64,000 nt of DNA from a virus (IMGVR_UViG_3300022217_000003:96001-160000); one strand, 5' to 3'. Counted from the first letter of the stretch, positions 48,773 through 58,859 are shown. Numbers and translations: made by a program. Notes: generated by a model not told the origin, from the sequence alone.

Positions 48773-49147
48773 TTATGACTGAAATAAAGTTTCTTGCAAA
48801 GCCATATTAACTGTGGATGATGCGACCGTATTAACAGCAGTTACTTTTATCCAATTATAGACATAATCACTTAAATCTACGTATCTATTCTCCCCCGCAG
48901 GAACAGTTTGGACAACTATGTTTCTATATAGCAATCCTTTATGTCCATCCGTCCAGGGTGCCCCTGGGTCAGGATTAAAATTATCAGAGGATACGATCCC
49001 ACCCTGAATAGTAAATGTTACAGTTCCGCTTGCTCCTCTGTTGATAAGAAATAAACTTTTTTTAATTGAGTTATTTCCAACAAACTCTTCTAATACCGAA
49101 GATTCATTTGTAACCGTATAGTCCTTGGGTACATTATAACTATGCAT
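48773..49147 (-). CDS. Hypothetical (virion-associated) protein
   Basis: 124 aa, beta-rich, AAGGAG RBS, directly downstream of the portal. Confidence 0.65.
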   Translation of the reverse strand: MHSYNVPKDYTVTNESSVLEEFVGNNSIKKSLFLINRGASGTVTFTIQGGIVSSDNFNPDPGAPWTDGHKGLLYRNIVVQTVPAGENRYVDLSDYVYNWIKVTAVNTVASSTVNMALQETLFQS

Positions 49148-49168
49148 AGTTAATTACACTCCTTTTAT

Positions 49169-52042
49169 TTATGCGGGTGGCTTAACTTCACCTACTCCGC
49201 CTCCCATTTCTCCTTGACCGGGAGGTAATGGGGTTGTTCCTGCTCCGCCAGGAGCTACCGTTGGAGGCTTTGCTCCACCCCCACCTACACCTGGAGCCCC
49301 TCCTGGGGCAGGAGTAGCAGGCGCAGTGCCTGGTGCAGCCGCAGGCGCACCCGTGGGAGTTACGTTTATACCTGTTTGTGTCTGTATATTCTTTAATTCT
49401 TGGGCTAATTGTATATCTTTCTTGCGTTCTTTCTCAATTAACTTCTCTTCTTTCTCTAAATCCAAGCCCAAATAGGTCAATAATGTCTTCTTACTTATCA
49501 ATCCACGTTGTTGCATGTTCTGATATAGTGTTTTTTGCTGTGCATCATCCTTTAATCTCATTAGTTCCCACTCTATTTCGGGAACTATAAGCTCAGATTC
49601 GCCCTCATCATTAGTTTTATAGAAGCCCTGAACCTTTGCGACAGGTTTATATACATATTCTATGACCCATTCGCTTAATATATCTTGAAATCTTAGATAT
49701 CTATTGACCAATACCTGCAAAGCTACGCTTGCATTGGCAAAAGTAACCCCTTCTGTGGTAATTAAAGCCTTAGATATTCCTAATCCTGACAATATTTCTT
49801 TATCCACAAAGTCTAACTCACTTGTAAGCGGGATAATCTTCCCTGCGGAAGATATATAGTCAAAATTTATATAATTATGCCATATTAACCAACTATTTGG
49901 GTCTGAGCTTGCTTGGTCAAGGGCGTTTGCAACATTCTGAAGCACTGCTTCTGTCGCAGGATGAGTTTCATCCCCTACTTTAACAACTTTTATAGGTCTC
50001 CAATGCCTCTTTGCTATCGCAAACTGCGCCCTGCGTAACATATCTTTGTATATAAGTGCTTTAAAAATACATTTCAATGGACTTACACCATATACTTCAT
50101 ACATAGAATGTTTATTTGCTAGATGGCTTACCTGTGGTATCTCTATTTTTTCATCTCTGCCCTCTGCCACAATTTCAAAGTTACTCAGAGGTACCTTTTG
50201 ATTCTTTGAAACATAAGATCTTATCTGCGGATCAATACTATTATATATTTCAATCGGCTTTTTACTGTTAACTATTCTCTTTAAAGCATCATCGGGATCT
50301 AATTTTATAATTGGGTCTGCGAATATATTAGATTCTATCTCCACATAGTCAGGATTAAGCGTTACGAACTTATCCCATCTCCCTTCATCATCGTCCCAAA
50401 GCCCGAAAGGTATCGCATTTCCAAGCATGTTAAATTCCAAAGAAATAAATCTTAAAATCTGTGGCAATTTTAAAATATCAAATGCTAATTCATCAAAATA
50501 TTTTTGAATTTTCGGATCTTCACAAACATTTCTTAATCCCGTAACAGGAAACTCCGCATTTAAATGTACACCTGTATTAACTATGGGTTCGGTCCTTGTA
50601 TAGTGTCTGGACCACTGGTTACAATTAGCTACAGCAACATTATTTGCCACATAAGAATGTTCGCCCTCTATTGTTAAATTATAAACCTTCCCTTTATATT
50701 CTTCTAATTCAATTCCTTTTATTTCTAATACTATATAATTATTCCATATCCACCTTCTGTGACTATTCCATTTTGATTTATTCTTTATTCCCAATTTGGT
50801 AGCTTCATTATTGTTTATTTCTACATTCCAAGACAAGCTATATCCTGGATCACCTGCAAATCCTGTATCCCTTTCTTCTTTACGGACAATTGACATTATC
50901 TGACACCTTTTAAGTATCTCGTGAATTTGATCTGATAAATCCTTAGATGCGCTACATGTTCTTATATCCCCAGTTTTATCAACATGCCCATCTCCATTTA
51001 TATATGCCTTAACTAATTCAATTTGTAATTCTGGGGGGCAATCCATAACCTGTTGTGATATTCTTTTATAATGAGAATACTCCCCACAATGTTCATAAAA
51101 CAATTCTGCTAATTTCTTACCAGAAGTAGTAACCAAACAAGTATTAACATCTTTTCGTAAATTTATATTAACAGTGGCTCCGAATTCTTTTTCAAGTAAT
51201 TCTTTTACTTCTGCAACATAGGTATCTTTCTCACTGATATTAAAAGAGAACTGCATCCCCCTAAGCACCCCATCTTTTCTTCTATAAAAATTACCCTCTG
51301 CTAAAAAATAACCAAATAATCTCATTATATTTTTATTAATTGGTTTTACCTCTTGCAATTCAAAAACTCTATTGCTTCCAGATTTATATTTATAAACTTC
51401 TATATCAAATAATTTATTTTCAGTGGCTATGGGAGACAACATAAAATCGCCTATTTCCAATTCATCCACCCGAACTTTTTCAACTTTAATCTCTTGGGGA
51501 ACACACCCTTTGTATCTATCTCTACAATGTGCCGTTATATTCTTCTGGCAAAACTTTATTTCATTGCTCTTGTGCCTACAATTTCCCACTTCTTTTTTTA
51601 TACAAAATATCTTGTGATTCCCCGTAATCTCTAATTTGGTCTCTATTGTAGCTAACTTTAACTTATATATATCCTCATCTATCTCATTGATTATAACATC
51701 CTCAACTTGACCCCTATCTCCATTTTTATCTAAAATCCAATCGCCAATTTTAACTTCATCAATCCTCTTTTTTCTTCCATCGCCCATAACTGTTGTTATA
51801 TAAGGAATTATACATTCCCTCAATTTTGTTGGAAGCTGTAAATTAACAGGCTCATAAAGCGGATGAAAATAATCAGGTGATTGTCTATTAACATTAACGG
51901 ATGCATGTTTTATAATTCTTGAAGTGGGCGAGGATTTCTTTGAAGTTACTGAAGATTGATTAAGCGAAGCGGTTCTTTTTAATTCCCTGAAATGTGTTTC
52001 GGGATTATCTCGTATTAACTCAGAGCTGGTTTTTATTGTCAT
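49169..52042 (-). CDS. Portal protein with intein (~560 aa after splicing)
   Basis: Extein motifs EPIVNTGV...EFP, EFNMLGNAIPF, LNPDYVEI, YGVSPLKCIFKALIYKDMLRRAQFAIA, ILSGLGIS; Pro/Gly-rich tail; upstream of the protease, scaffold and capsid genes. Confidence 0.75.
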   Translation of the reverse strand: MTIKTSSELIRDNPETHFRELKRTASLNQSSVTSKKSSPTSRIIKHASVNVNRQSPDYFHPLYEPVNLQLPTKLRECIIPYITTVMGDGRKKRIDEVKIGDWILDKNGDRGQVEDVIINEIDEDIYKLKLATIETKLEITGNHKIFCIKKEVGNCRHKSNEIKFCQKNITAHCRDRYKGCVPQEIKVEKVRVDELEIGDFMLSPIATENKLFDIEVYKYKSGSNRVFELQEVKPINKNIMRLFGYFLAEGNFYRRKDGVLRGMQFSFNISEKDTYVAEVKELLEKEFGATVNINLRKDVNTCLVTTSGKKLAELFYEHCGEYSHYKRISQQVMDCPPELQIELVKAYINGDGHVDKTGDIRTCSASKDLSDQIHEILKRCQIMSIVRKEERDTGFAGDPGYSLSWNVEINNNEATKLGIKNKSKWNSHRRWIWNNYIVLEIKGIELEEYKGKVYNLTIEGEHSYVANNVAVANCNQWSRHYTRTEPIVNTGVHLNAEFPVTGLRNVCEDPKIQKYFDELAFDILKLPQILRFISLEFNMLGNAIPFGLWDDDEGRWDKFVTLNPDYVEIESNIFADPIIKLDPDDALKRIVNSKKPIEIYNSIDPQIRSYVSKNQKVPLSNFEIVAEGRDEKIEIPQVSHLANKHSMYEVYGVSPLKCIFKALIYKDMLRRAQFAIAKRHWRPIKVVKVGDETHPATEAVLQNVANALDQASSDPNSWLIWHNYINFDYISSAGKIIPLTSELDFVDKEILSGLGISKALITTEGVTFANASVALQVLVNRYLRFQDILSEWVIEYVYKPVAKVQGFYKTNDEGESELIVPEIEWELMRLKDDAQQKTLYQNMQQRGLISKKTLLTYLGLDLEKEEKLIEKERKKDIQLAQELKNIQTQTGINVTPTGAPAAAPGTAPATPAPGGAPGVGGGGAKPPTVAPGGAGTTPLPPGQGEMGGGVGEVKPPA
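50624..51814 (-). mobile_element. Intein (397 aa) with LAGLIDADG endonuclease in the portal gene
   Basis: LRE|CIIPYITTVMGDG...ITGNHKI...LFGYFLAEG...LVKAYINGDG...VYNLTIEGEHSYVANNVAVAN|CNQW (Cys1, Asn-end, Cys+1). Confidence 0.93.
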
Positions 52043-52259
52043 CTTCCCTCTCTGTCTCTATATTTTCAAGGTTACTACTTGTTTCTATTATCTTAGACTG
52101 TAATCCAATTGCCATTTGTGAAATCAATTCAATATCTCCTTCTAATTCATTAAGTTCAAAAAAAGATTTTAAATCCTCCGCAATAAAAACAATTTGCTCG
52201 GCACTTTTACCGATACCATACAGTCTGTCACGAATACTAAGTAAATCATACTCTGTCAT
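52020..52259 (-). CDS. Hypothetical protein
   Basis: 79 aa, AAGGA RBS, overlaps the portal start. Confidence 0.6.
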   Translation of the reverse strand: MTEYDLLSIRDRLYGIGKSAEQIVFIAEDLKSFFELNELEGDIELISQMAIGLQSKIIETSSNLENIETEREDDNKNQL

Positions 52260-52277
52260 TTAAGTTATCCTTTTTAA

Positions 52278-52436
52278 TTAAGTTTGGTTTAAAACGTTTA
52301 GTTTTTCATTTACATCACACGCAACCTTTAACAAATGTTTCATGTGGTTTTCGTTAACTTTTTTCAAATCATATTCTTCTACCTTTTGAGCTGTTATGAA
52401 CTTTTTAACATTTTTCCCACTGTCTTTTTTTCCCAT
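52278..52436 (-). CDS. Small hypothetical protein, 52 aa (not in ORF track)
   Basis: MGKKDSGKNVKKFITAQKVEEYDL...; fills a gap. Confidence 0.45.
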   Translation of the reverse strand: MGKKDSGKNVKKFITAQKVEEYDLKKVNENHMKHLLKVACDVNEKLNVLNQT

Positions 52437-52442
52437 TACTTC

Positions 52443-52850
52443 TTATTTCAACCCCACTAAACTGATTAGGCCCATTAAATCTAATCCTATTAACACAACA
52501 ATTACGCCCGCCAATATAAATAAGATTGTTTTCAACCATTTGATTTGTTTATCTTTATCATTAATTATCTGCTGATCTTTTTTGGTTACTTCATCATCAG
52601 AATCTTCCTTGGCTTTTAAAACTGCGCTTGTAGATATTTTTAGTTTATCAAATTCGTTTCTAATATCAGTGAAACCTTTCTCTATATCAGAACCTATAGA
52701 AATAGTGAATGTTTCTAGCTTATTGAGAAGTTCATTTATTTTTTCTACTTGATTATCAATTAATTTATCTAAGTTTTGTGCTATGATTCCAAAGACCATC
52801 TCTAACTTAGCAAGTTTTTCTATTAAGTTGTTTAATTGTTCTCTATCCAT
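52443..52850 (-). CDS. Coiled-coil protein with C-terminal transmembrane helix
   Basis: ILFILAGVIVVLIGLDLMGLISLVGL at the C-terminus. Confidence 0.7.
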   Translation of the reverse strand: MDREQLNNLIEKLAKLEMVFGIIAQNLDKLIDNQVEKINELLNKLETFTISIGSDIEKGFTDIRNEFDKLKISTSAVLKAKEDSDDEVTKKDQQIINDKDKQIKWLKTILFILAGVIVVLIGLDLMGLISLVGLK

Positions 52851-52866
52851 TGATTATCCTTTCGCA

Positions 52867-53067
52867 CTATCTAGTTTGTATTTGTCTGGCCATATCATTA
52901 TAGTCCGACACTTCCTGTTCATCATAAAGATAACCTGTATCATTCTGGCTCATTATAGGTTGCTTATTTGTTTTTTCAGTCTTTAACTTGCGCGGGTTCA
53001 CATAATCCCTCTCTTGTCTTATTGGATTTGGAACATCTGCTTGTTTTAATATTATTACTTTATTCAT
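52867..53067 (-). CDS. Small protein with MNKVIILKQA leader
   Basis: Shared leader; AAGGA RBS. Confidence 0.65.
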   Translation of the reverse strand: MNKVIILKQADVPNPIRQERDYVNPRKLKTEKTNKQPIMSQNDTGYLYDEQEVSDYNDMARQIQTR

Positions 53068-53079
53068 ATCTATGAGTCC

Positions 53080-53523
53080 TTAATAGCCGATAGCCTGTCC
53101 TGAGCTTGTGCCGGTGTCATATGATTTATCTGTGCCTTGTCCTGTAAAATCTTGCCTTCCACCCATACCATCCCAATTTAATTCTTGTAGACCATCGGGT
53201 TCATTTCTGAATCTTCGCCGATGCTTCTGCCTAAAGGGTTTGTCTTTAGGTTCTTTATTAAACATATCTATATTCTGATCGTTTTCTAATGGATATAAAT
53301 TGTCTGCTCTTTTTAATATTATTATTTTATTTTTGCACTCAACGCATATCTCGCCATCAGGGGTATCAAAAATGGCTACATTAGAATCCATTTCCTTTAT
53401 AATGCCTCTGTGCTTTTCTCCCAATAAATTCTCTGTTTCTATATAATCACCTACCCCAATTAACAAATTGCCCTCATCGTCCCTTACCTTGGTAGCTTCT
53501 TTTAGTATTATTACTTTATCCAT
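53080..53523 (-). CDS. Protein with MDKVIILKEA leader and internal NKIIILKRA repeat
   Basis: Shared leader at the start and again mid-protein. Confidence 0.7.
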   Translation of the reverse strand: MDKVIILKEATKVRDDEGNLLIGVGDYIETENLLGEKHRGIIKEMDSNVAIFDTPDGEICVECKNKIIILKRADNLYPLENDQNIDMFNKEPKDKPFRQKHRRRFRNEPDGLQELNWDGMGGRQDFTGQGTDKSYDTGTSSGQAIGY

Positions 53524-53766
53524 TTATTTATCTTCGCAATCCTCTTCTTTAATATCAAATATTTTATCCGATCCATCCCCATCCCATCCAAAAGATTTTG
53601 TATAATCTTTATCATCGGGATCAACCAATATTTCAAAGCTATGCCCTGCATTTCCTATTCCTTTTATATATTCTAATAACTCAATCAAATTTTTATCTGT
53701 ATCTTTTACAGTAAGGGTATACTTTTTTCTACCTGACTTAGCTTTTCTTATTATTACTTTATCCAT
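53524..53766 (-). CDS. Small protein with MDKVIIRKA leader
   Basis: Start moved from 53886 to the leader ATG at 53766; the upstream part is occupied by another ORF. Confidence 0.65.
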   Translation of the reverse strand: MDKVIIRKAKSGRKKYTLTVKDTDKNLIELLEYIKGIGNAGHSFEILVDPDDKDYTKSFGWDGDGSDKIFDIKEEDCEDK

Positions 53767-53767
53767 A

Positions 53768-53935
53768 CTAATCTTCCCATTTCCATTCAAAAGAACCATC
53801 ACCTTGTTCAACCAAGGTCTTTGTTGGCTCTCTGAGTCCTTGCTCTTTAGCTCTACCAAGTGCCCCATCGCAGTTACATTTATCATAGGGCTTATTACAA
53901 TGATTACAAACTATTACAGAATCCCCACTATGCAT
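53768..53935 (-). CDS. Small Cys-rich protein, 55 aa (not in ORF track)
   Basis: MHSGDSVIVCNHCNKPYDKCNCDG...WKWED; stop 1 nt before the next ATG. Confidence 0.5.
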   Translation of the reverse strand: MHSGDSVIVCNHCNKPYDKCNCDGALGRAKEQGLREPTKTLVEQGDGSFEWKWED

Positions 53936-54091
53936 AAACGTCTACCAAACCTCCTAAGCCTAATCCTATTGCCAATCCTAATATTTGATTGTCCACTTTT
54001 GGTGTACATTTGTCCTCTAATTGTGTACAAGGTTGTACATCTTTGTGTAAAGATTCATACATATCTGTTCGGTATTGCAAACAAATGTTTT

Positions 54092-54562
54092 CTATTGCGA
54101 ACATATTGGCACCTTATATAATTCAAAATGCGGGCTATCATCAAAACTCTGGTCAATTAATATTTCCTGATCTCTATCCCAATTTCCGCCCCACCTTATT
54201 AAGTGTTCTATTTTATTTTCGTTATATAGTCTTTGCGCTGTGCTTGTTATAACTCCTGAGACTAAGCAAAGATTGTTTAAATCATACGCAAGTTCCTTGT
54301 GTCCTGGTATATATATGTATATATCAAATGCCAAAGACACGGGTTCTTTAACATGCATTGCCCTTTTTAATTCTTCAGGGATGCGTGGATCAAGAGTTGA
54401 ACTTCCTTCCAGGAAATATTCAAGTTGTTTTTTAAAAGTTCTCTTGCCTTCTCTTATACCGAAATCAACCGGGCTTACCTTAATTGATTCTTCGGCTATT
54501 ATTATCAAATCATCGTGGCAAGTATACAAATTTTTCCTTGACCGTTTCCCAAATTTAAACAT
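54092..54562 (-). CDS. Endolysin, peptidase M15 family (L-Ala-D-Glu endopeptidase-like)
   Basis: FKFGKRS..NL, DFGIREGKRT, H...SLAFDI, IRWGGNWD, FDDSPHFEL. Confidence 0.88.
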   Translation of the reverse strand: MFKFGKRSRKNLYTCHDDLIIIAEESIKVSPVDFGIREGKRTFKKQLEYFLEGSSTLDPRIPEELKRAMHVKEPVSLAFDIYIYIPGHKELAYDLNNLCLVSGVITSTAQRLYNENKIEHLIRWGGNWDRDQEILIDQSFDDSPHFELYKVPICSQ

Positions 54563-54563
54563 A

Positions 54564-54803
54564 TTATTTCTTCCCCTTTTGGTTTAAACCTATTACTTCC
54601 GCTCCCTTTTTAAAGGTCGTCCCTAATACATATGCGCCAATAATAAAATCTACTATTGGAGTAAATACTTTCAGCATATGTGCACAAGAATCAGTTAAGT
54701 ATGGTATGAATGCGCCTACTAATGCCATAAGGCAAACAGTTACCACAATAACAAAAGCGGCGACGACCCCTTTTATCCAATATATATTATTATAAGCTTT
54801 CAA
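54564..54803 (-). CDS. Putative holin
   Basis: 79 aa, two hydrophobic helices, basic C-terminus, immediately upstream of the endolysin. Confidence 0.55.
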   Translation of the reverse strand: MKAYNNIYWIKGVVAAFVIVVTVCLMALVGAFIPYLTDSCAHMLKVFTPIVDFIIGAYVLGTTFKKGAEVIGLNQKGKK

Positions 54804-54996
54804 TTGCGTCTTCTATAACAATAACTACCTTTTCACATACCTTAACAGACAGGTATTCCTGCAGAGAAGGATAAATATATTTCTTTACCATTTTTCTAAG
54901 ATGTCTTTTGAGTATAGGTTTTATCATATTGTCCCACTTGGCTTTAATGTTTTCTTTACTGAAAAAAACTTTAATTTCACTGATAAGATTACCCAT
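54790..54996 (-). CDS. Small hypothetical protein in lysis cassette
   Basis: 68 aa, AAGGAG RBS. Confidence 0.6.
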   Translation of the reverse strand: MGNLISEIKVFFSKENIKAKWDNMIKPILKRHLRKMVKKYIYPSLQEYLSVKVCEKVVIVIEDAIESL

Positions 54997-55015
54997 AAAA
55001 TTAATACTCCTTTAA

Positions 55016-58000
55016 TTAAATTAACGGCTCCATACTTGAGGGTTTGTATTTTTTATCTTTGTATTTGTTTCTATTCATGGCTACTTGTCCTGGGCTTACT
55101 TTTTCTTTTTTACCATCTACTTCTACTTCGTAGTATGAATGTGTCCCACTTTCACCATTTGCTTTTTTATCAAGGTCTATAACTTCTCCGCTTGCAGTTA
55201 TTTCTTCTGTGGCAATATCCTCAACCTTACCTATTCTATCTCTAATCGCTTCTTGAATTTGCGAAGGTATTTCATTTTCTTCTATCTTTCTACCAAGATC
55301 CTCTATGGCTATTGCGCCTACATCACCGAGAAATTGATTAAATCCCTGTGGAGACATAGCATTTTCACTCATGCCATAAGCATCCTCACCTATTAACACC
55401 GTATATCTATCAAAGGATTCTCCTTCGTTGTCATATACTTTAACCTCAGACACATCTCCTTGATTATCATACCCCATATCTTCTTCTAGCTTATGCATAA
55501 CTAAACTAATATCCCTTGCGTCCATTCCTTGTTCAAGACCTTGTTGTTCTATCTCTTCTTTACCCCATCCATATTCCTTTGCCTGGTTTACAAGATCATC
55601 CATAGCACTGAAATCTTCTGGTGTAACCGCAGCTACTGCCCCTCTGCCCTGATGCTTATAATGAAAATCCATTATGTTTATTACTTCATCAGGATCAATA
55701 TCAACTCCGCCACCCCTTCTATATATAGCTATCTCATCACTATCTGCATATGGTTCAAGTATGTATTCATCTTCATCAAGATCTAGTGTCTTTAGTATTT
55801 CACTATCATCATAAGATATTATTTCTTCTCCATCATCGTAGATGGTCCAAACGCTTCCTCCGTAAGTATCTGAGTAACCTGAGTATAATTCAGCTTTTTT
55901 TTTTAATGATGCGTGTTTCTTATCATACGAATCCGTTCCCTTAAATACAGTTTTGCCTCCACCTCTATCAGTAAAATAATCTGACAATTCTTTCTTATCC
56001 TCCTTGCTCATAGCCTTCATCTCTTTTTCTGAGAAGGCATGAACACATGTGGCACATTTATAATATGCTCCACCCACTCCTGATTCAAAATAAGCGCAGT
56101 CTCTGCATTTGTTTACGTCATTCGGTCTACCATTCTTGGCTATCTTAGTTGTGCCATTGCCGAAAGAATATTCTTTATCAAATCTACTTGCGGTAATGGT
56201 AACTATGGATTCATCTTCTTTCTTTATCCGGACAACACTATTGTTAGAACCTGTTATGATTCCTTCTGATTTATCTTTCTTTGATATGACATCTTCGCCA
56301 ACAATATTATTACTTGCGAATGCCATGCCTTCATCTTCTATTCCTTCTGATAGTGCTACATCTAATTCATTGAGCTCTTCATCAGAACCGGCGAAGAGGT
56401 TGACTATGTTATTAAACTGTTCTATTATCCAATCTAATACACCTGCTTCTTTATGGAATGATGCGAGCGTCTGTCTCTGTTTTGTTTCAGGATATACAGC
56501 AGCCGTTTCAGCCACTGTCTTTGATTCATAAGATAATAGATCCCTGACATGATTGACTTTCTCTTCCATCTTGTCACCATAGTCAATTATCATTCTTGAC
56601 AATACTTCATCTGATTTTATCTTAGCAGGATCTGTCTGATTATATCTATCTAAATGAGCAACGAGTATATCTTTAAACTTCCTTACCTCGCCCATTGGTA
56701 TAGTGCTTATTACATCTAGTTTTAATGACTCTTGTAATTTCGCAAGGTCTTCTCTGAGATTTGATTTCTCTGTCTGAAGGGGTTCTTGCTTTTGCTTCAT
56801 CTTCAATTGAAGTTGCTGTATCTTTTCCTGTATCTTTGCGGACTCCTTCTTTGCCTGTGCATCTATCTCTTGTATCCTAGACTCCAATGCTTCTAAGTCC
56901 TGTAACTCTTTCTGTATTGTTTCTGATACAAGATTAGGAATTACCTCACCCTTCTGTGGAGCAGGGGCAAATGACGGTCTTATCTTTTGTTTAATAAGAC
57001 TTGGCTCTAATCTCTCTGGGGATTCCTGTGGGTTATTATCATCTTCTATAGCTACTTCTGCTTCTTTATTTAAAGATGCTTCTTTCTGTGGTTGCATCAT
57101 ATTAGTTTCTTCTACAAAATTTGCCCAGGCTTCTAATGGTGTTAATTTTTCTTCTGGATCATATTGTTCTCTAAATTTTTCAGATACTTCAAATGGTATA
57201 TCCTTCATTGTCTTCACTATTTCAAAAGACTCTTGGGGCGTTCCTTGTGTAGCTATTTCTCTAAATTCTTGAAATAGATCTGCTATCTTATTTAAGGATG
57301 CTTCTTTCCCTAATGATTCTAATACAGGCATAAATATTGCTTTGGCTTCTTCTAAAGAAGTAGAGTATATATAGAAGTTTATATCATTGGGATATGATTC
57401 GGATGGGTCTGTGGTAAATAATTTACCTGCGCCAACACTGTGTAATTGTTTTATTATTTCATCAGGGTTATCCCCTTCGTCCAACTCTATAGTAAAATTA
57501 AATTTACCCACAGGGTTCTCATCATATAGTCTTGCGGCTTCTTTTTTCTTGTCATCATCCTTCGGGGCCTTCCCGTATTCTTTTCCTTCTCTTCCCCTTA
57601 TCTCATCTTTCTTGGCATCGGATAGATCGCTCCATATTGCGCCTACTGTTTTATCTACTTGATCACTATCATAATCTGGATTGTCTTTCTTCACCTTCTC
57701 TGTTTTCTCACCCCACCACTTCTTTGGGGGCTTTAAACTGGAGTCGGATTCCTTCTTCGCCCTCTGCGTTATATTCCCATCGACATCTTTCTCCTGCTTA
57801 CGCATATCCTTTTTAAGTTCCTGCTCACTCTTTACCATTTCCTGAACTTCTTCTTTTTGTGGGTCTTTGTCTTTCTTATAAACAGTCTGCTTTACTCGGA
57901 GGTTTTTCTCCTGCTCATCTTGCTTGGGAACAGAGGTCTTCATACTATCTAACAGATTGGCATCTACGGTTGAATTCATCTGCATTTCGGATGTCTGTAT

Positions 58001-58588
58001 CTGATCTTGGGCTTTAATCCTTTTGCCTATCTTCATATTCTTCTGGTCTTTTATCCAACTATGTATCGCCCTTCTTATTTTATTGGTCTGATTACCCTTT
58101 ATCTTTAATTTCTTTTTATCTATATACTCAGATAACTTCTCGAACTCTTTTGAATCCAAAATATAGTTTTCTTCTTTTTCAACAGAGGCTACTATTGAGG
58201 TGAAGTCATTACTGATCTGGGCATTTGTTTTCCTGTCATAATTAGGCTTTGTGTTACCAAAATTAGTAACAAGGTTGCCCACTGCATAAAATCCTGAGCG
58301 TTCAACAACAGGAATAGTATTTTTCTGTATCAACCCACTGTTTCTATAAACATCTTTCGTGGCACTGTCTACTTCTGTCATTAATATAGTGCCTACTACT
58401 TTGCCTATATCTGATTCTTTACCACTTGATAAGGCTTTTTTGACAAGCTCTTCTTGTTTCTCGCTCAATTTAATACCAGTCTTATTTAGATATTCAGACA
58501 ACCGCTTATCTTCTGTTGAAGCCGTCTTGGTCATTCCACCAAGTGTATTGTCTGTAAACTCCTTTAACCAATTTGCCATCTTTATCAT
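55016..58588 (-). CDS. Large acidic multi-module protein (putative internal head polyprotein)
   Basis: 1190 aa; unrelated segments separated by KEASLNKIA, KEASLNKEA, LASFHKEA, KHASLKKKA; AAGGAG RBS. Confidence 0.75.
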   Translation of the reverse strand: MIKMANWLKEFTDNTLGGMTKTASTEDKRLSEYLNKTGIKLSEKQEELVKKALSSGKESDIGKVVGTILMTEVDSATKDVYRNSGLIQKNTIPVVERSGFYAVGNLVTNFGNTKPNYDRKTNAQISNDFTSIVASVEKEENYILDSKEFEKLSEYIDKKKLKIKGNQTNKIRRAIHSWIKDQKNMKIGKRIKAQDQIQTSEMQMNSTVDANLLDSMKTSVPKQDEQEKNLRVKQTVYKKDKDPQKEEVQEMVKSEQELKKDMRKQEKDVDGNITQRAKKESDSSLKPPKKWWGEKTEKVKKDNPDYDSDQVDKTVGAIWSDLSDAKKDEIRGREGKEYGKAPKDDDKKKEAARLYDENPVGKFNFTIELDEGDNPDEIIKQLHSVGAGKLFTTDPSESYPNDINFYIYSTSLEEAKAIFMPVLESLGKEASLNKIADLFQEFREIATQGTPQESFEIVKTMKDIPFEVSEKFREQYDPEEKLTPLEAWANFVEETNMMQPQKEASLNKEAEVAIEDDNNPQESPERLEPSLIKQKIRPSFAPAPQKGEVIPNLVSETIQKELQDLEALESRIQEIDAQAKKESAKIQEKIQQLQLKMKQKQEPLQTEKSNLREDLAKLQESLKLDVISTIPMGEVRKFKDILVAHLDRYNQTDPAKIKSDEVLSRMIIDYGDKMEEKVNHVRDLLSYESKTVAETAAVYPETKQRQTLASFHKEAGVLDWIIEQFNNIVNLFAGSDEELNELDVALSEGIEDEGMAFASNNIVGEDVISKKDKSEGIITGSNNSVVRIKKEDESIVTITASRFDKEYSFGNGTTKIAKNGRPNDVNKCRDCAYFESGVGGAYYKCATCVHAFSEKEMKAMSKEDKKELSDYFTDRGGGKTVFKGTDSYDKKHASLKKKAELYSGYSDTYGGSVWTIYDDGEEIISYDDSEILKTLDLDEDEYILEPYADSDEIAIYRRGGGVDIDPDEVINIMDFHYKHQGRGAVAAVTPEDFSAMDDLVNQAKEYGWGKEEIEQQGLEQGMDARDISLVMHKLEEDMGYDNQGDVSEVKVYDNEGESFDRYTVLIGEDAYGMSENAMSPQGFNQFLGDVGAIAIEDLGRKIEENEIPSQIQEAIRDRIGKVEDIATEEITASGEVIDLDKKANGESGTHSYYEVEVDGKKEKVSPGQVAMNRNKYKDKKYKPSSMEPLI

Positions 58589-58617
58589 TTGTATTTACTC
58601 TCCTTATTTATTTCTCT

Positions 58618-58857
58618 CTATGGTAATGGGCCAGATATGGATTTATCACTATCGCCAAAGCTGGTCGATCGATTATATGATTCCCCTGTATCGTCTCCAC
58701 CTATTTGATCTCTATCCCAAAAGGGTGTCTTTGTATTGCCCTTTTCGTTCTCTCTCTTCTGTGGACCTGTAGTCCAATAGTAATCTCTTTTATAATTATC
58801 CCCATGACTCTTGGGGTCTGTGCTTATGTTCTCTGCTAGTATTATTACTTTGTCCAT
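58618..58857 (-). CDS. Small protein with MDKVIILAE leader
   Basis: Shared leader. Confidence 0.65.
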   Translation of the reverse strand: MDKVIILAENISTDPKSHGDNYKRDYYWTTGPQKRENEKGNTKTPFWDRDQIGGDDTGESYNRSTSFGDSDKSISGPLP

Positions 58858-58859
58858 AT

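Noticed and set aside
53767-53886. N-terminal 40 aa of track ORF 53524-53886
   Set aside because: Overlaps a separate 55-aa ORF; the shared leader marks the real start at 53766
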